A stretch of 64,000 nucleotides of DNA from Ignavibacteriota bacterium (GTDB lineage: Bacteria > Bacteroidota > Ignavibacteria > UBA10030 > UBA6906): NCBI GenBank assembly GCA_963801355.1, contig CAWDEM010000008.1, forward strand, positions 2,496,001 through 2,560,000, read 5' to 3'. Numbering within the stretch: position 1 is the first letter of the stretch; every line of letters begins with the position of its first letter. The position numbers and the translations under genes are program-made. Shown here one piece after another: positions 16,611 to 26,189 of this stretch. The notes beneath the pieces are model-generated. The model worked only from the letters and a program-made list of their open reading frames with translations. It did not search any database and was not told the DNA's origin.

Positions 16611-16659
16611 TGAGAAATTCTTTTCAGCAGAATATACGTCCGGTCCAGGGCAATGTCAA
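16611..16659 (-). promoter_or_regulatory. sigma70 promoter plus operator-like motif heading the 16581-4334 operon
   Basis: Minus strand TTGACA (16654-16659), 17 bp, TATATT (16631-16636); imperfect palindrome TGAGAA-attc-TTTTCA at 16611-16626 over the predicted TSS. Confidence 0.75.
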
Positions 16660-16700
16660 GCTCTCTCTGCAGCACGCAAACCGCGCGAAGCACGCCGCCC

Positions 16701-17855
16701 TTATCTGAATGTCATGGTGATTTCTACGATTTCCGGACTGTTGCCGGTTCTTACCGGGGGGCCCCAGGTACCGGCGCCGCTGGAAACGTAGTAATGCGTC
16801 GAGCCTTTCAGGAGATACCCCCAGCTGATTTCGTATATGGCCGACGTGATGTAATTGAATGGCCAGAGTTGCCCATGATGCGTGTGCCCCGAAAGTTGCA
16901 GGTCAACACCATGGGCTGCCGCCTCGTCCAGGTCGAATGGTTGATGATCCATCAGTATAAGCGGGGCGCGCGCGTCAACACCATCCAGCACTGCATCAAG
17001 TGACTTCCGCGCCTCCCCCCCGAATTGCCTGCTGCTGCGGTCCTGCCTCCCGGCAAGCAGGATGCCCCCATCGATTGCCACACAGGTATCCCTCAGCATG
17101 CGTATCCCGTGTGCTTCCAGGTATGCGCACGCCTTCTCCGCGCCGCCGATATATTCGTGATTCCCCGTGATGCCGTAGACGCCTCTGGGTGCCCTGATCG
17201 AAAGGAGTGTTTCACCGAGATTCTGCCGCAGCACGGGCCCGAGATCCTCATCGACGACATCACCCGCAAAGAGAACGAGGTCCGGACGGAGTTCATTGAT
17301 GCGATCCACAAGGCGTGCGAGGTGCTTCTTGCCAACGATCGTACCCAGATGCACGTCGGAGATCATCACCGCGCGGAGGGAATGGATGCCCTGCGCCTGC
17401 TTGTCGACAGTCACAGACAACCGCTGGATACGAGGCGTTCTGGCATTCCAGTATCCTCCCGCAAGCACCACCATCACGAGCGCGACAACCCCGAGCGTGC
17501 CAATCTGGCGCACCCGGACCGGATCGCCCATAGCGGGCATCGGAATGGGGAGGATCAGCAACACGAGACGCACAAGGTCAACTGCCAGGCAGGCAAGGAC
17601 AAAATAGGCCAGCGCAGCAAGCCAGAACGAGCCAATCCAGACAAACAGGTCACTGACCGCGGAAATCCAGTAGTTCTCCAGCACCCGGCCGATGATGAAC
17701 GAGAGGGAAACAACAGCGAACAGCACGGCGTACCATGTGCGCAGAGATGTCGATGCGGGCAGAGCCTGCCACCCACGGAAAAAGACATACGCATTGACAC
17801 TGAAATAGACCGTGAAGAACACGAGGAAGAAAGTCAGCATGAGGTGCTTTCGCAT
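16701..17855 (-). CDS. Membrane-anchored metallophosphoesterase (calcineurin-like, YkuE-type)
   Basis: N-terminal TM helices; SDVHLG, GDVVD, GNHE, DHQP, SGHTHHGQ. Confidence 0.9.
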   Translation of the reverse strand: MRKHLMLTFFLVFFTVYFSVNAYVFFRGWQALPASTSLRTWYAVLFAVVSLSFIIGRVLENYWISAVSDLFVWIGSFWLAALAYFVLACLAVDLVRLVLLILPIPMPAMGDPVRVRQIGTLGVVALVMVVLAGGYWNARTPRIQRLSVTVDKQAQGIHSLRAVMISDVHLGTIVGKKHLARLVDRINELRPDLVLFAGDVVDEDLGPVLRQNLGETLLSIRAPRGVYGITGNHEYIGGAEKACAYLEAHGIRMLRDTCVAIDGGILLAGRQDRSSRQFGGEARKSLDAVLDGVDARAPLILMDHQPFDLDEAAAHGVDLQLSGHTHHGQLWPFNYITSAIYEISWGYLLKGSTHYYVSSGAGTWGPPVRTGNSPEIVEITMTFR

Positions 17856-17877
17856 TATGGACTGATTCGGGTGGGGG

Positions 17878-20691
17878 TCAGGAAGTCCTGATGACCACGA
17901 TCGTCTGGTCGTCGTGAGGTTCACAACCGCTGCTGAACGCCGCAAGATTGTCTGCAACCCGGTCACGGATCTCCTGCGCCGCAAGCGACGCAGAAGCCGC
18001 GAAGATCTCCGTGAGGCGTTCTTCGCCGTATTCACGGCCGGAGGTATCACGCGTTTCCGTCACACCGTCGGTGACCAGCAGAAAGACATCACCGGGTTCG
18101 TAGCATTCCAAACGCTCCTCCAGCTCACTGGCAAAAATGGCGGCGTCACTCAACCCGAGTCCGAGACCCCGCGGCACGATGCGGTCGATGCAGTGTGTCG
18201 ACGCGCGATAGGCAAAAACGGGAAGGTGCCCTGCGCGGACAAGTGTGACCCGACGCTGCTGCGGCATGAAGAGCGCGGCCGCAGCTGTGATGAACGAGTT
18301 CTTCTGCATGTCAGCGCAGAGAAGGCGGTTTGCCCGGAGAAAGAGCTCTCCCGGCCCGAGCCCGAATTGATGCAAGGAACGGAGAATGCCCTGCACCTTC
18401 GACATGTAGAGAGCCGCGGATGTTCCCTTCCCACTGACGTCGCCGACGACAACCATCAGGTCATGACCCGAACCGTCAAGATAGTCGAAGAAATCCCCCC
18501 CGACCTCAAGCGCCGGTGTCGATTGACCCGCGATATCAAGCCCGGCAATCCGCGGGGTGGCAGACGGGAGTGAGCCCAGTTGGATCTGCCGGGCGATGGA
18601 GAGCTCATGACGCATCCGCTCCTGCTCGGCAAGACCCTCATAGAGAAAGGCGTTCTCGATCGACACCGAGAGCTGCTGGGCCACTCCCGCCAGAAATGCA
18701 AGGTCCTCTGCACTCTGGGGGGTGTCGGCCAATTTCTGTCCCACAAGAATGGCACCGGACAGTGTCTCCTTTGACCGGATCGGGATGACATACTCGAACT
18801 GCATTCGTTCCAGGTGAGAGGCGATGTCGGCGGGCATGTGATCCACCCGCATCGAGTCATTGATCGCCGACAGGGTTGCCGCAAAGCGGCCGTCCAGCGC
18901 GCAGGAAAATGTATGCCAAGCCTCGCCGGAGACGCCGGAGGCGGCATCACAGCAACACGTGCTGCCGTCGCGGAAGATCAACAGGGCCGCAGAGCGCAAC
19001 TTCAGCAAATCCATGAGTGCATCTACCAGTCCGCGCACCAGATCCGACATGCTCAGCCTCGTGGCAAGGACACCCGCGATTTCCTGTGCGGCCCGCTTGT
19101 AGTCGAACTGCGCGCGATGGTACTTCCGGTCCAGCAACCGCTGGCCGACGCTCCGCACCTTCCAGAGGGCAAACCAAACGCCCACACCCAGGATCATCGA
19201 AGCCGCCCGTTGGGCGATCACTTGCTCTTCGGGAGTGGGCAACTCCTGACGCACTTCCACCGAGAATCCGCTCAGAACGATATGCGGCAGAGGGAACGGG
19301 ATTGCCGGCAGGGAAAGGAAGCACCAGACCAGAAGCAACGCTACGCAGCCGCCCCAGAGCCAGCTCAGGAGTGAATACTGCACATTGCGACGGACCCTGA
19401 GATCGAGATCGAGGAGTCTGTAGTGGCCGATAGTATAGAGATAGGCCAGTGGAACGAAGATGAGAAGGATGCCGACGACACTGATGAGATCGCCGCGCCC
19501 GAAGATACTCAACAGTGCGGTGCAGACCAACGAGCCGGCAACAGTGAGTATGGCTACAATCTTGATGGGCCGCCCGAGCGCGCGTTGCTGAGGGGTCCCC
19601 GCACGTGTGAAGGGAGGATTGACAACCAGCCCCAGGAAGACAATGAGAGCGAGAAGAAGGAGTTGCCACAAAGTATTATTGAGCAATAGAACGACAGGTG
19701 ACAGGGCGGCAACAACGTACATAACCGTCACACACCGTTTCCTCCAGACAGCGATCTCGCGCTGCCAGGGGAAAAGCAGCCCGGAATGAAAAGCAAATAC
19801 CGCCCCAAGAAACACCCCGTAGACACCGAGGATCCTTTGCACGACCCCGAAGGGCGACAACGAGGGCTCGCGCCGTATTGCCACGATGGCGATGAAGTAG
19901 CCGAGAAACACCATATAGAGGGCAAGCAACCTCGCAGAAAGAAATGCGGGCCTCTTCACACCGAGAAATGTCCCGATCAGGATGTAGACCACACCTGCAA
20001 GGAACAGCATCAGCGTACCGAGGGCAAAACCGAACTTTGCGAGAACAACATGAAGAGTCAATACAGCCCCGTTCCGCGAGACTTCATATGTTGTCGCTTT
20101 CCCGCTCGAACCCTGGCGCATGACCCGGTCAGCTTCCGCCGATGTTTTGAATCCCACCCCGTTGATGCGCTCAATGAAGTCTCCCACTTTTATGCCGGCT
20201 CGATCGGAGGCCCCGCCACGCGCCACCTCAACCACCAGCACCGACGGCGGTTGCTCAGAAAACCGCTCCGGAACGAGGTCCGTGCGGCGGACGAGCCATC
20301 GTATGGTGTGAGGGCCGCTGGGCCGGAGGATGCCTATGGTGACCGAATCGCTGATGATACTTACCAGAGTTCGCCGGAATGACTCCATTGTCCGTACCGG
20401 CGATCGCCCGATGGAAAGTAAAAGATCGTTCTCTTTTATGGAATCACCGGGTGCCGGCGGTCCCCCATAAGCCACTCCTCCCCTAAAAGGCTTGACGTCA
20501 AGAGGCACTCCGGGAAAAGCAGTGCCGACACGTACGTAAGAAGGAACATCCATGAAGATGTTTTCGTCGGTCGGCTGACTTGCAGAATTGAAAAAGGCGA
20601 TGGAGGCAAAGGAAAGAAAAACTGCCGACAGGATCGCAAGCAGAATGCGAAATACCGGATCTTCTAACCGTAAATGGGTCATTGGTGGCAT
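17878..20691 (-). CDS. SpoIIE/RsbU-type PP2C phosphatase with extracytoplasmic PDZ domains, multi-TM region and GAF-like domain
   Basis: PDZ-like VARGGASDRAGIKVGDFIERING; TM block; PP2C motifs VGGDFFD, GDVSGKG, TDGVTE, HDDQT. Confidence 0.88.
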   Translation of the reverse strand: MPPMTHLRLEDPVFRILLAILSAVFLSFASIAFFNSASQPTDENIFMDVPSYVRVGTAFPGVPLDVKPFRGGVAYGGPPAPGDSIKENDLLLSIGRSPVRTMESFRRTLVSIISDSVTIGILRPSGPHTIRWLVRRTDLVPERFSEQPPSVLVVEVARGGASDRAGIKVGDFIERINGVGFKTSAEADRVMRQGSSGKATTYEVSRNGAVLTLHVVLAKFGFALGTLMLFLAGVVYILIGTFLGVKRPAFLSARLLALYMVFLGYFIAIVAIRREPSLSPFGVVQRILGVYGVFLGAVFAFHSGLLFPWQREIAVWRKRCVTVMYVVAALSPVVLLLNNTLWQLLLLALIVFLGLVVNPPFTRAGTPQQRALGRPIKIVAILTVAGSLVCTALLSIFGRGDLISVVGILLIFVPLAYLYTIGHYRLLDLDLRVRRNVQYSLLSWLWGGCVALLLVWCFLSLPAIPFPLPHIVLSGFSVEVRQELPTPEEQVIAQRAASMILGVGVWFALWKVRSVGQRLLDRKYHRAQFDYKRAAQEIAGVLATRLSMSDLVRGLVDALMDLLKLRSAALLIFRDGSTCCCDAASGVSGEAWHTFSCALDGRFAATLSAINDSMRVDHMPADIASHLERMQFEYVIPIRSKETLSGAILVGQKLADTPQSAEDLAFLAGVAQQLSVSIENAFLYEGLAEQERMRHELSIARQIQLGSLPSATPRIAGLDIAGQSTPALEVGGDFFDYLDGSGHDLMVVVGDVSGKGTSAALYMSKVQGILRSLHQFGLGPGELFLRANRLLCADMQKNSFITAAAALFMPQQRRVTLVRAGHLPVFAYRASTHCIDRIVPRGLGLGLSDAAIFASELEERLECYEPGDVFLLVTDGVTETRDTSGREYGEERLTEIFAASASLAAQEIRDRVADNLAAFSSGCEPHDDQTIVVIRTS

Positions 20692-20751
20692 TCTTTGTCA
20701 ATGAATATACGCAATTTCCTCCAAATGGTTTAGAAACGCAGATTTATGGGG

Positions 20752-20779
20752 TGTTGAATATTTCAACAGTGAGCACTCA
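20752..20779. promoter_or_regulatory. Two adjacent palindromes (putative operators) in the divergent intergenic region
   Basis: TGTTGAA-tat-TTCAACA (20752-20768) and TGAG-ca-CTCA (20770-20779). Confidence 0.45.
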
Positions 20780-20946
20780 ATAAGGAGAGCTGATGAGAAG
20801 TTTTTGGTGCATCTCGTTTTTTGATTCTGTAGGTTTGTTGTCACCATCCTATCCGGCAGTCCGCAGTGAATTCGCTTTACCCCTGAGGGTTACGAAAGGC
20901 CGCTAGGTTCTCCAGCTGTTCATGTACCATCAAGAAAGGAAGAGCT

Positions 20947-22209
20947 ATGTCCATTGCACGTTTGTTGTGTGCGTCAATGTTGTTGGCAGCGACGTCGGTC
21001 GATGTTTCGTTTGCCAGCGGGTTCCAGCTCAACGAGCACGGTGCCCGTGCGATGGGTCAGGGTGGGGCCTTCGCAGCTCGTGCCAATGATCTTTCCGCAA
21101 TGTATTTCAATCCCGCCGGATTGGCTTACCAGCAGGGATTCGGTGCGTACGTCGGCGGCACGATGATCCTCCCCAAGACGTCATTCACCAGCCCGGCCGG
21201 AAAACTGACGGATATGGTGAGCCAGACATTCCTCATCCCGAGTGTGTACCTCGGCTACGGGATGGACAACGGGCTCTCTTTCGGCGTGGGTTTCTACGCT
21301 CCGTTCGGACTCGGGACAGAATGGCCTGCGGCCTGGGACGGGCGCTTCGTCGCAGGGAAGACCGACCTCCAGAATCTTGCCCTCAATCCGACGATTGCGT
21401 ACAAAGTGAGCGAGGAGTTCATGATAGGGGCAGGCATGAGTATCACGTTTTCCTCAGTGAAGATGGAATACGATCTCGCCACTCTACCGGGTGCACCGCC
21501 CGGACATATCAATCTTCATGATGCGAGTGGAACCGGTGTCAGTTTCAACGTCGGCGCCATTTACAAACCTCTGCCGGAAATGTCTCTCGGTGCTTCCTAT
21601 CGCCATTCAACAACGGTTGACTACGAAGGCACGGCGGATTTTACGAACATGGGAACATTGGCGTCGTTCTTCCCTGGCGGTACGGGAAAGACCACCATCA
21701 AAGCGCCCGGACAGTTCTTTGTCGGGCTTGCGTACGATCTTACAAAGGATTTTACTCTCGAGGCTGACTATCAATGGATCGGATGGTCATCGTACGACAC
21801 ACTCGGGGTCGTGCTTCCCGATGGTCCTGCCGCTCCGCCGGCACTGGGGGGAAAACCCCTTCAGAAGGCCTCTAAATCAGCAAAGAATTGGGGCGATGCG
21901 TACATGCTCCGGCTTGGCGGGGAATACAGGGTTGACGATCTGACCTTGCGCCTCGGATTCATTTATGATAACTCGGGGCAGCCAAATCTGACCGTGGAAC
22001 CGTTGTTGCCGGATGCGAACAGAGTTGAAGGTACAGTGGGAATCGGCTACAGGTTGACCGAGAGCTGGTCGGTGGATGTTGCCTACCAGTTGATCATGTT
22101 CAGCGACCGCACCGTGACAGGGCCCACGACGGGTGACTTGAACAAGTTCCCGGGCACCTACAAGAGCAGTGCAAACTTGTTCGGTCTCAGCCTAGGATAC
22201 GATTTGTAA
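20947..22209 (+). CDS. fadL: FadL/OmpP1 family outer-membrane transport protein
   Basis: Mature N-terminus SGFQLNEHGARAMGQGGA, YFNPAGL hatch motif, PFGLGTEW, LPDANR. Confidence 0.88.
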   Translation: MSIARLLCASMLLAATSVDVSFASGFQLNEHGARAMGQGGAFAARANDLSAMYFNPAGLAYQQGFGAYVGGTMILPKTSFTSPAGKLTDMVSQTFLIPSVYLGYGMDNGLSFGVGFYAPFGLGTEWPAAWDGRFVAGKTDLQNLALNPTIAYKVSEEFMIGAGMSITFSSVKMEYDLATLPGAPPGHINLHDASGTGVSFNVGAIYKPLPEMSLGASYRHSTTVDYEGTADFTNMGTLASFFPGGTGKTTIKAPGQFFVGLAYDLTKDFTLEADYQWIGWSSYDTLGVVLPDGPAAPPALGGKPLQKASKSAKNWGDAYMLRLGGEYRVDDLTLRLGFIYDNSGQPNLTVEPLLPDANRVEGTVGIGYRLTESWSVDVAYQLIMFSDRTVTGPTTGDLNKFPGTYKSSANLFGLSLGYDL

Positions 22210-22275
22210 TTCGCAGTCGGCGCTTGCCGTCGTCGGTCGGTGTGTGCCGTAGGCGGTGCTTGCCGTAATAACTTC

Positions 22276-22319
22276 AAGGCCGGTGCTCAGATGCGAGCAC
22301 CGGCCTTTCTTGCTTTTCT
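22276..22319 (+). terminator. Rho-independent terminator between convergent genes
   Basis: 13 bp perfect stem AAGGCCGGTGCTC / GAGCACCGGCCTT, 6 nt loop, followed by a T-rich tract. Confidence 0.8.
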
Positions 22320-22348
22320 CCTGCGTACCGCGTGAACCGACGGAAGGC

Positions 22349-25300
22349 TCACCTCACGAACATGAGCTTGCGGGTCTGGCGGTAGTCTCCCGCCTGCAAT
22401 GTACAGAGGTACATCCCCGACGCAGTTCCTTCCATGTTCAGCCGGGCATCATGGGTGCCGGCTGTCTGGATCCCATCGACAGGTGTCATCACCAATTGCC
22501 CGAGCACGTTGTAGATTCGAATGATGACGTGCACATCCACAGGCAGCGAGTACCGGATCGTGGTCGCCGGGTTGAAGGGGTTCGGGTAGATCTCATCCAG
22601 ATAATAGTCCGGGGGAACATCGCCGGGAGGCGGTGGAGGAGGAGTATCGGCATTGATGGCGATCAGGCGGACTTCATCGACGTAGTACACGTCTGCGGCG
22701 GGAGCGGTTGTGCCGAACTCGAACCGCAGGCGCCCGTCATTAACCGGCGAAGAGAAGTTGTCCGGCCTGAAATCCACCGAATACACTTTCCAGGCGCTCC
22801 CGAGATCGAAGTGTTTCCCCGCCAGTCCATAGGGCAGATCCGGCGGGCCGGATTTAAGCAGCGATACGTCGCAATCATTCGCGCCGCCCGATTTCGCGGC
22901 GAAACTCAAGCGGTACGTCGAATCCGGGCTCAAGATGAGGTCGTTCTGAAACAGTTGCGAGCTTGTGCCGGCCTCGGGAATGGTGACCTTGACCGCGTTG
23001 TCGCTTTTGTAGCCGGGGGAGGCAATCTCCAGCGCTCCCGCACCGGTGGTGGCAAACGACCACCCAGCGATGCCGTTGTTGAAGTCGGCGTTTGAAACAC
23101 CATTCACCGCCATTGCGGTCGGGAGGCTGAATGTGGTCAGCGCCACTACCCGGGACCATGTGCTGGTGCCACCACTCCCCATCGCATTGACACGCCAGTA
23201 GTATTCCGTCCCGTTCCTGAGTCCATCCACCAGCACACTCGTACCGGTGATCCCTGACCTGTCAAGCTGCAGCTCCTCGAAGGAAAGGCTTGTGGAGACC
23301 TGTACCCCGTAGCTCAGGGCGCCTGGAACACCGTACCAGGTGAGCAGCGGATTCGTGGTGACGCCGGTTGTGCCCGACGCCGGAGCCTCCGTGACAGGCA
23401 CATTTGGTATGACCACCGTGCTTGCCGTCGTGAACGAACTGACGGTCGACCAGGGACTGGTGCCGCCGCTTCCCGCCGCGTTGACACGCCAATAGTAATC
23501 CGACCCATTCGTGAGTCCATCCACCTGCACACTCGTACCGGTGATCCCGGAGCGGTCCAGCTTCAACGTTGTAAAGGAAGAGCTTGAGGAGACCTGCACG
23601 CCATAACTCTGGGCGCCGGAAACGCTTTTCCAGGTAAGCAGCGGATTCGTGGTGACACCGGTTGTGCCTGACGCCGGAGCCTCCGTGACAGGCACATTTG
23701 GTATGACCACCGCGCTCGCCGTCGTGAACGAACTGACGGTCGACCAGGGACTGGTGCCGCCGCTTCCCGTCGCATTGACACGCCAGTAGTATACCGTGCC
23801 ATTCGTGAGTCCATCCACCTGTACACTCGTGCCGGTGATCCCGGACCGGTCCAGCTTCAACGTTGTAAAGGAAGAGCTTGAGGAGACCTGCACGCCATAA
23901 CTCTGGGCGCCGGAAACGCTTTTCCAGGTGAGCAATGGATTCGTGCTGACGCCGGTCGTACCTGACACAGGCCCTTCCGTAACCGGCATACCCGGTATGA
24001 CGCCTGTGCTCGCCGTTGTGAACGAGCTGACAGGCGACCAGGGACTCAGGCCGGCGGCATTGCCGGACCGGACCCGCCAGTAGTACGTGGTGCTCCCCGA
24101 CAGATTGCCCACCGCGTATGATGTATCGGTCAACGGCCCGGCATTCTGTATCACAGAGGAGAACGTGCGGTTGGTGGCCACCTGAGGATAGTAGGCGCTG
24201 GCGCCCGCCACTTTGCGCCACGTCAGTTGCACGGACACTGATAAGTTCCCCGCGCCGTCTGTCGGACTCGCCGGTTGGGGAGAAGGCGGTGCCTGACCTA
24301 CTCCCTGTACAAACTCCTTCGCGCCGATATCCGGGGCTTCTCCTTCGTAGGCAATATGCACCCCCGCGCCCGACACCCAGAAACGGCTTTCCGCGAGGGT
24401 GATAGTGTTGAGCCCCGTGTCAATGGACTCAATCTGCACAGGCGCGTCCGATCCAATCTTGATCACATCCCCCCCGGTGACTCCAAAGCCATCGCAGAAG
24501 AAGCGGGCATCAGCGACACGCAGAGTCCGACTGCCGTTGCCGTCGCCGATTGCGCTGGTGACAGGCCGTCCCGCATTGATCGCGGGGGAGCTCGATCCAA
24601 GGCCGAAGTTCCAGGACTCATCAAAGTCTATCGGGTACCGCGGGACATTGACGAATTGGGGATCCGCCTCGATGCTATGCTCATCCTTCCCGTCCATGTA
24701 GGCGTATCCGCCGAAGCTGTTCAACACTCCACGCCAATTTTGAAGACCTTCGGTGACCGTCGGGGGGTCGGTCATCGAATGAAGGATTTTCACCGGACCC
24801 GTGGCATCGTAATAGAGATTATAGTCCAGAAGGAAATTCGCACCATAATCCATGTCAAGCTTGAGCGCTCCGCTGTTCGGCTGCATGCCGACGATATTGT
24901 TCAGGAACCCGCGCTGATACCCCGGCTTGTTCCAGATTTTCACGCCTGCAAAGTCGGAACGCTCATAGTCTCCATTCGACCCCCGGTAACTGCGCCGGTT
25001 GTTCAAGAACACGTTGTTGTAGTACCGGTACCCATCGAACATGAAGGCGCCGGTGTGATTATCCCACACGACGGAACGACGCACAATAACGTAACGGGAG
25101 ATCTCGCCATTCCCGAGATTGAGGGCCGGCCCGCCTATGTCATCCGGTCCGTCAAATTGGCCGTTATCGTTGCCCTCCGAGCTGTGCAGCAGGCAATTGT
25201 CAACAAGGATGTACCCCGCCCCTTTGAAGTCAATGCAATTCTCCGCTGCATGCCCGAGACGGCTCCGGCGGATAATGACGCCATTATTGTATGTCTGTGA

Positions 25301-26083
25301 TCGGTCCAGGTAGTTCGGTTCGAATTGGATATTGTCCTCGTCCCAGGAGGTGTCCATCACGCAGTCTTCGATCAGCGTCCCCTGCAAGGTGGGGTCAAAC
25401 TTGCTCTGGTCCTCGTGGGGCAGGATGACGACATTGCTGGATCCATGGTTGACGAGCGTATCATACCTGAGGGTCGCGAACCGTGGAAGACCCCCTGCGA
25501 TAACAACACCCATCATCTGACCGCGCACATAGCAGTGCTCGACAACGTTGTGCTGACCCGACACCACAATGCCGCGTGAAAATGCCTGGAGGGTCCCGTA
25601 GTTGAAAGCCGCATCGCCATCGGCGAGCACGCGGCAATACCGAAGCGTGATATGGTTGCCAACAATGTGGATCCAGTACTCCGGGGTTTTGAGAACCTCC
25701 AGGTACGCCTGACAGCGGATGGTGAACCCCTCGATGATGGAATAGCTCGAGGCGACAACGACAACAAGATTGCCGGGCTCGCCTTCGATGACAACAGTCT
25801 CTCCGGGCATGGCAGCGTAGACGATGGGGCTGCCGGAGACACCGCTCCTCACGGGTTTGATCTGCTCCTGGTAGGTGCCTGCACGGACGAGCACTGTATC
25901 GCCCGGTTGCAGGTTTACATTTGCTTTAAAGATCGTCCGCCAGGGCTGCTCAAGCGTTCCTGGATTCTGGTCATTCCCCTGACGTGAGACGACAAACGTC
26001 CGCGCCTGAGCGATCCACGGGGCACAGATGAGAAGGATAAGCAACACCACACCAACTCCACGACGAGCATCAGTCTTTTTCAC
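22349..26083 (-). CDS. T9SS-sorted parallel beta-helix protein with 4 FN3-like repeats and CBM4/9-like domain
   Basis: GNDQNPGTLEQPWRTI...PGDTVLVRAGTY beta-helix start; SSPAINAG, APDIGA; YYWRV repeats; NADFNNG...YRLSFAAKS...VDEVRL; CTD YPNPFNP. Confidence 0.85.
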   Translation of the reverse strand: MKKTDARRGVGVVLLILLICAPWIAQARTFVVSRQGNDQNPGTLEQPWRTIFKANVNLQPGDTVLVRAGTYQEQIKPVRSGVSGSPIVYAAMPGETVVIEGEPGNLVVVVASSYSIIEGFTIRCQAYLEVLKTPEYWIHIVGNHITLRYCRVLADGDAAFNYGTLQAFSRGIVVSGQHNVVEHCYVRGQMMGVVIAGGLPRFATLRYDTLVNHGSSNVVILPHEDQSKFDPTLQGTLIEDCVMDTSWDEDNIQFEPNYLDRSQTYNNGVIIRRSRLGHAAENCIDFKGAGYILVDNCLLHSSEGNDNGQFDGPDDIGGPALNLGNGEISRYVIVRRSVVWDNHTGAFMFDGYRYYNNVFLNNRRSYRGSNGDYERSDFAGVKIWNKPGYQRGFLNNIVGMQPNSGALKLDMDYGANFLLDYNLYYDATGPVKILHSMTDPPTVTEGLQNWRGVLNSFGGYAYMDGKDEHSIEADPQFVNVPRYPIDFDESWNFGLGSSSPAINAGRPVTSAIGDGNGSRTLRVADARFFCDGFGVTGGDVIKIGSDAPVQIESIDTGLNTITLAESRFWVSGAGVHIAYEGEAPDIGAKEFVQGVGQAPPSPQPASPTDGAGNLSVSVQLTWRKVAGASAYYPQVATNRTFSSVIQNAGPLTDTSYAVGNLSGSTTYYWRVRSGNAAGLSPWSPVSSFTTASTGVIPGMPVTEGPVSGTTGVSTNPLLTWKSVSGAQSYGVQVSSSSSFTTLKLDRSGITGTSVQVDGLTNGTVYYWRVNATGSGGTSPWSTVSSFTTASAVVIPNVPVTEAPASGTTGVTTNPLLTWKSVSGAQSYGVQVSSSSSFTTLKLDRSGITGTSVQVDGLTNGSDYYWRVNAAGSGGTSPWSTVSSFTTASTVVIPNVPVTEAPASGTTGVTTNPLLTWYGVPGALSYGVQVSTSLSFEELQLDRSGITGTSVLVDGLRNGTEYYWRVNAMGSGGTSTWSRVVALTTFSLPTAMAVNGVSNADFNNGIAGWSFATTGAGALEIASPGYKSDNAVKVTIPEAGTSSQLFQNDLILSPDSTYRLSFAAKSGGANDCDVSLLKSGPPDLPYGLAGKHFDLGSAWKVYSVDFRPDNFSSPVNDGRLRFEFGTTAPAADVYYVDEVRLIAINADTPPPPPPGDVPPDYYLDEIYPNPFNPATTIRYSLPVDVHVIIRIYNVLGQLVMTPVDGIQTAGTHDARLNMEGTASGMYLCTLQAGDYRQTRKLMFVR
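23120..24290. repeat. Tandem 294 bp (98 aa) FN3-type repeats
   Basis: GTATGACCACC recurs at 23407 and 23701 (294 bp period). About 23337-23935 is near-identical to itself at that offset; the outer copies are more diverged. Confidence 0.9.
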
Positions 26084-26189
26084 AGAATCTCTCCTTCACA
26101 TGAGTGACTCGATTCCACTGCACTGGTGTTCTTCGATACAGATTACCGTACACTTCTTCCCCCTGGATAACACTCACTGATAGTCCATC

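Noticed and set aside
23120-24290. CRISPR array or mobile-element repeats
   Set aside because: The repeats are 294 bp in-frame protein modules without spacers; no cas or transposase genes.
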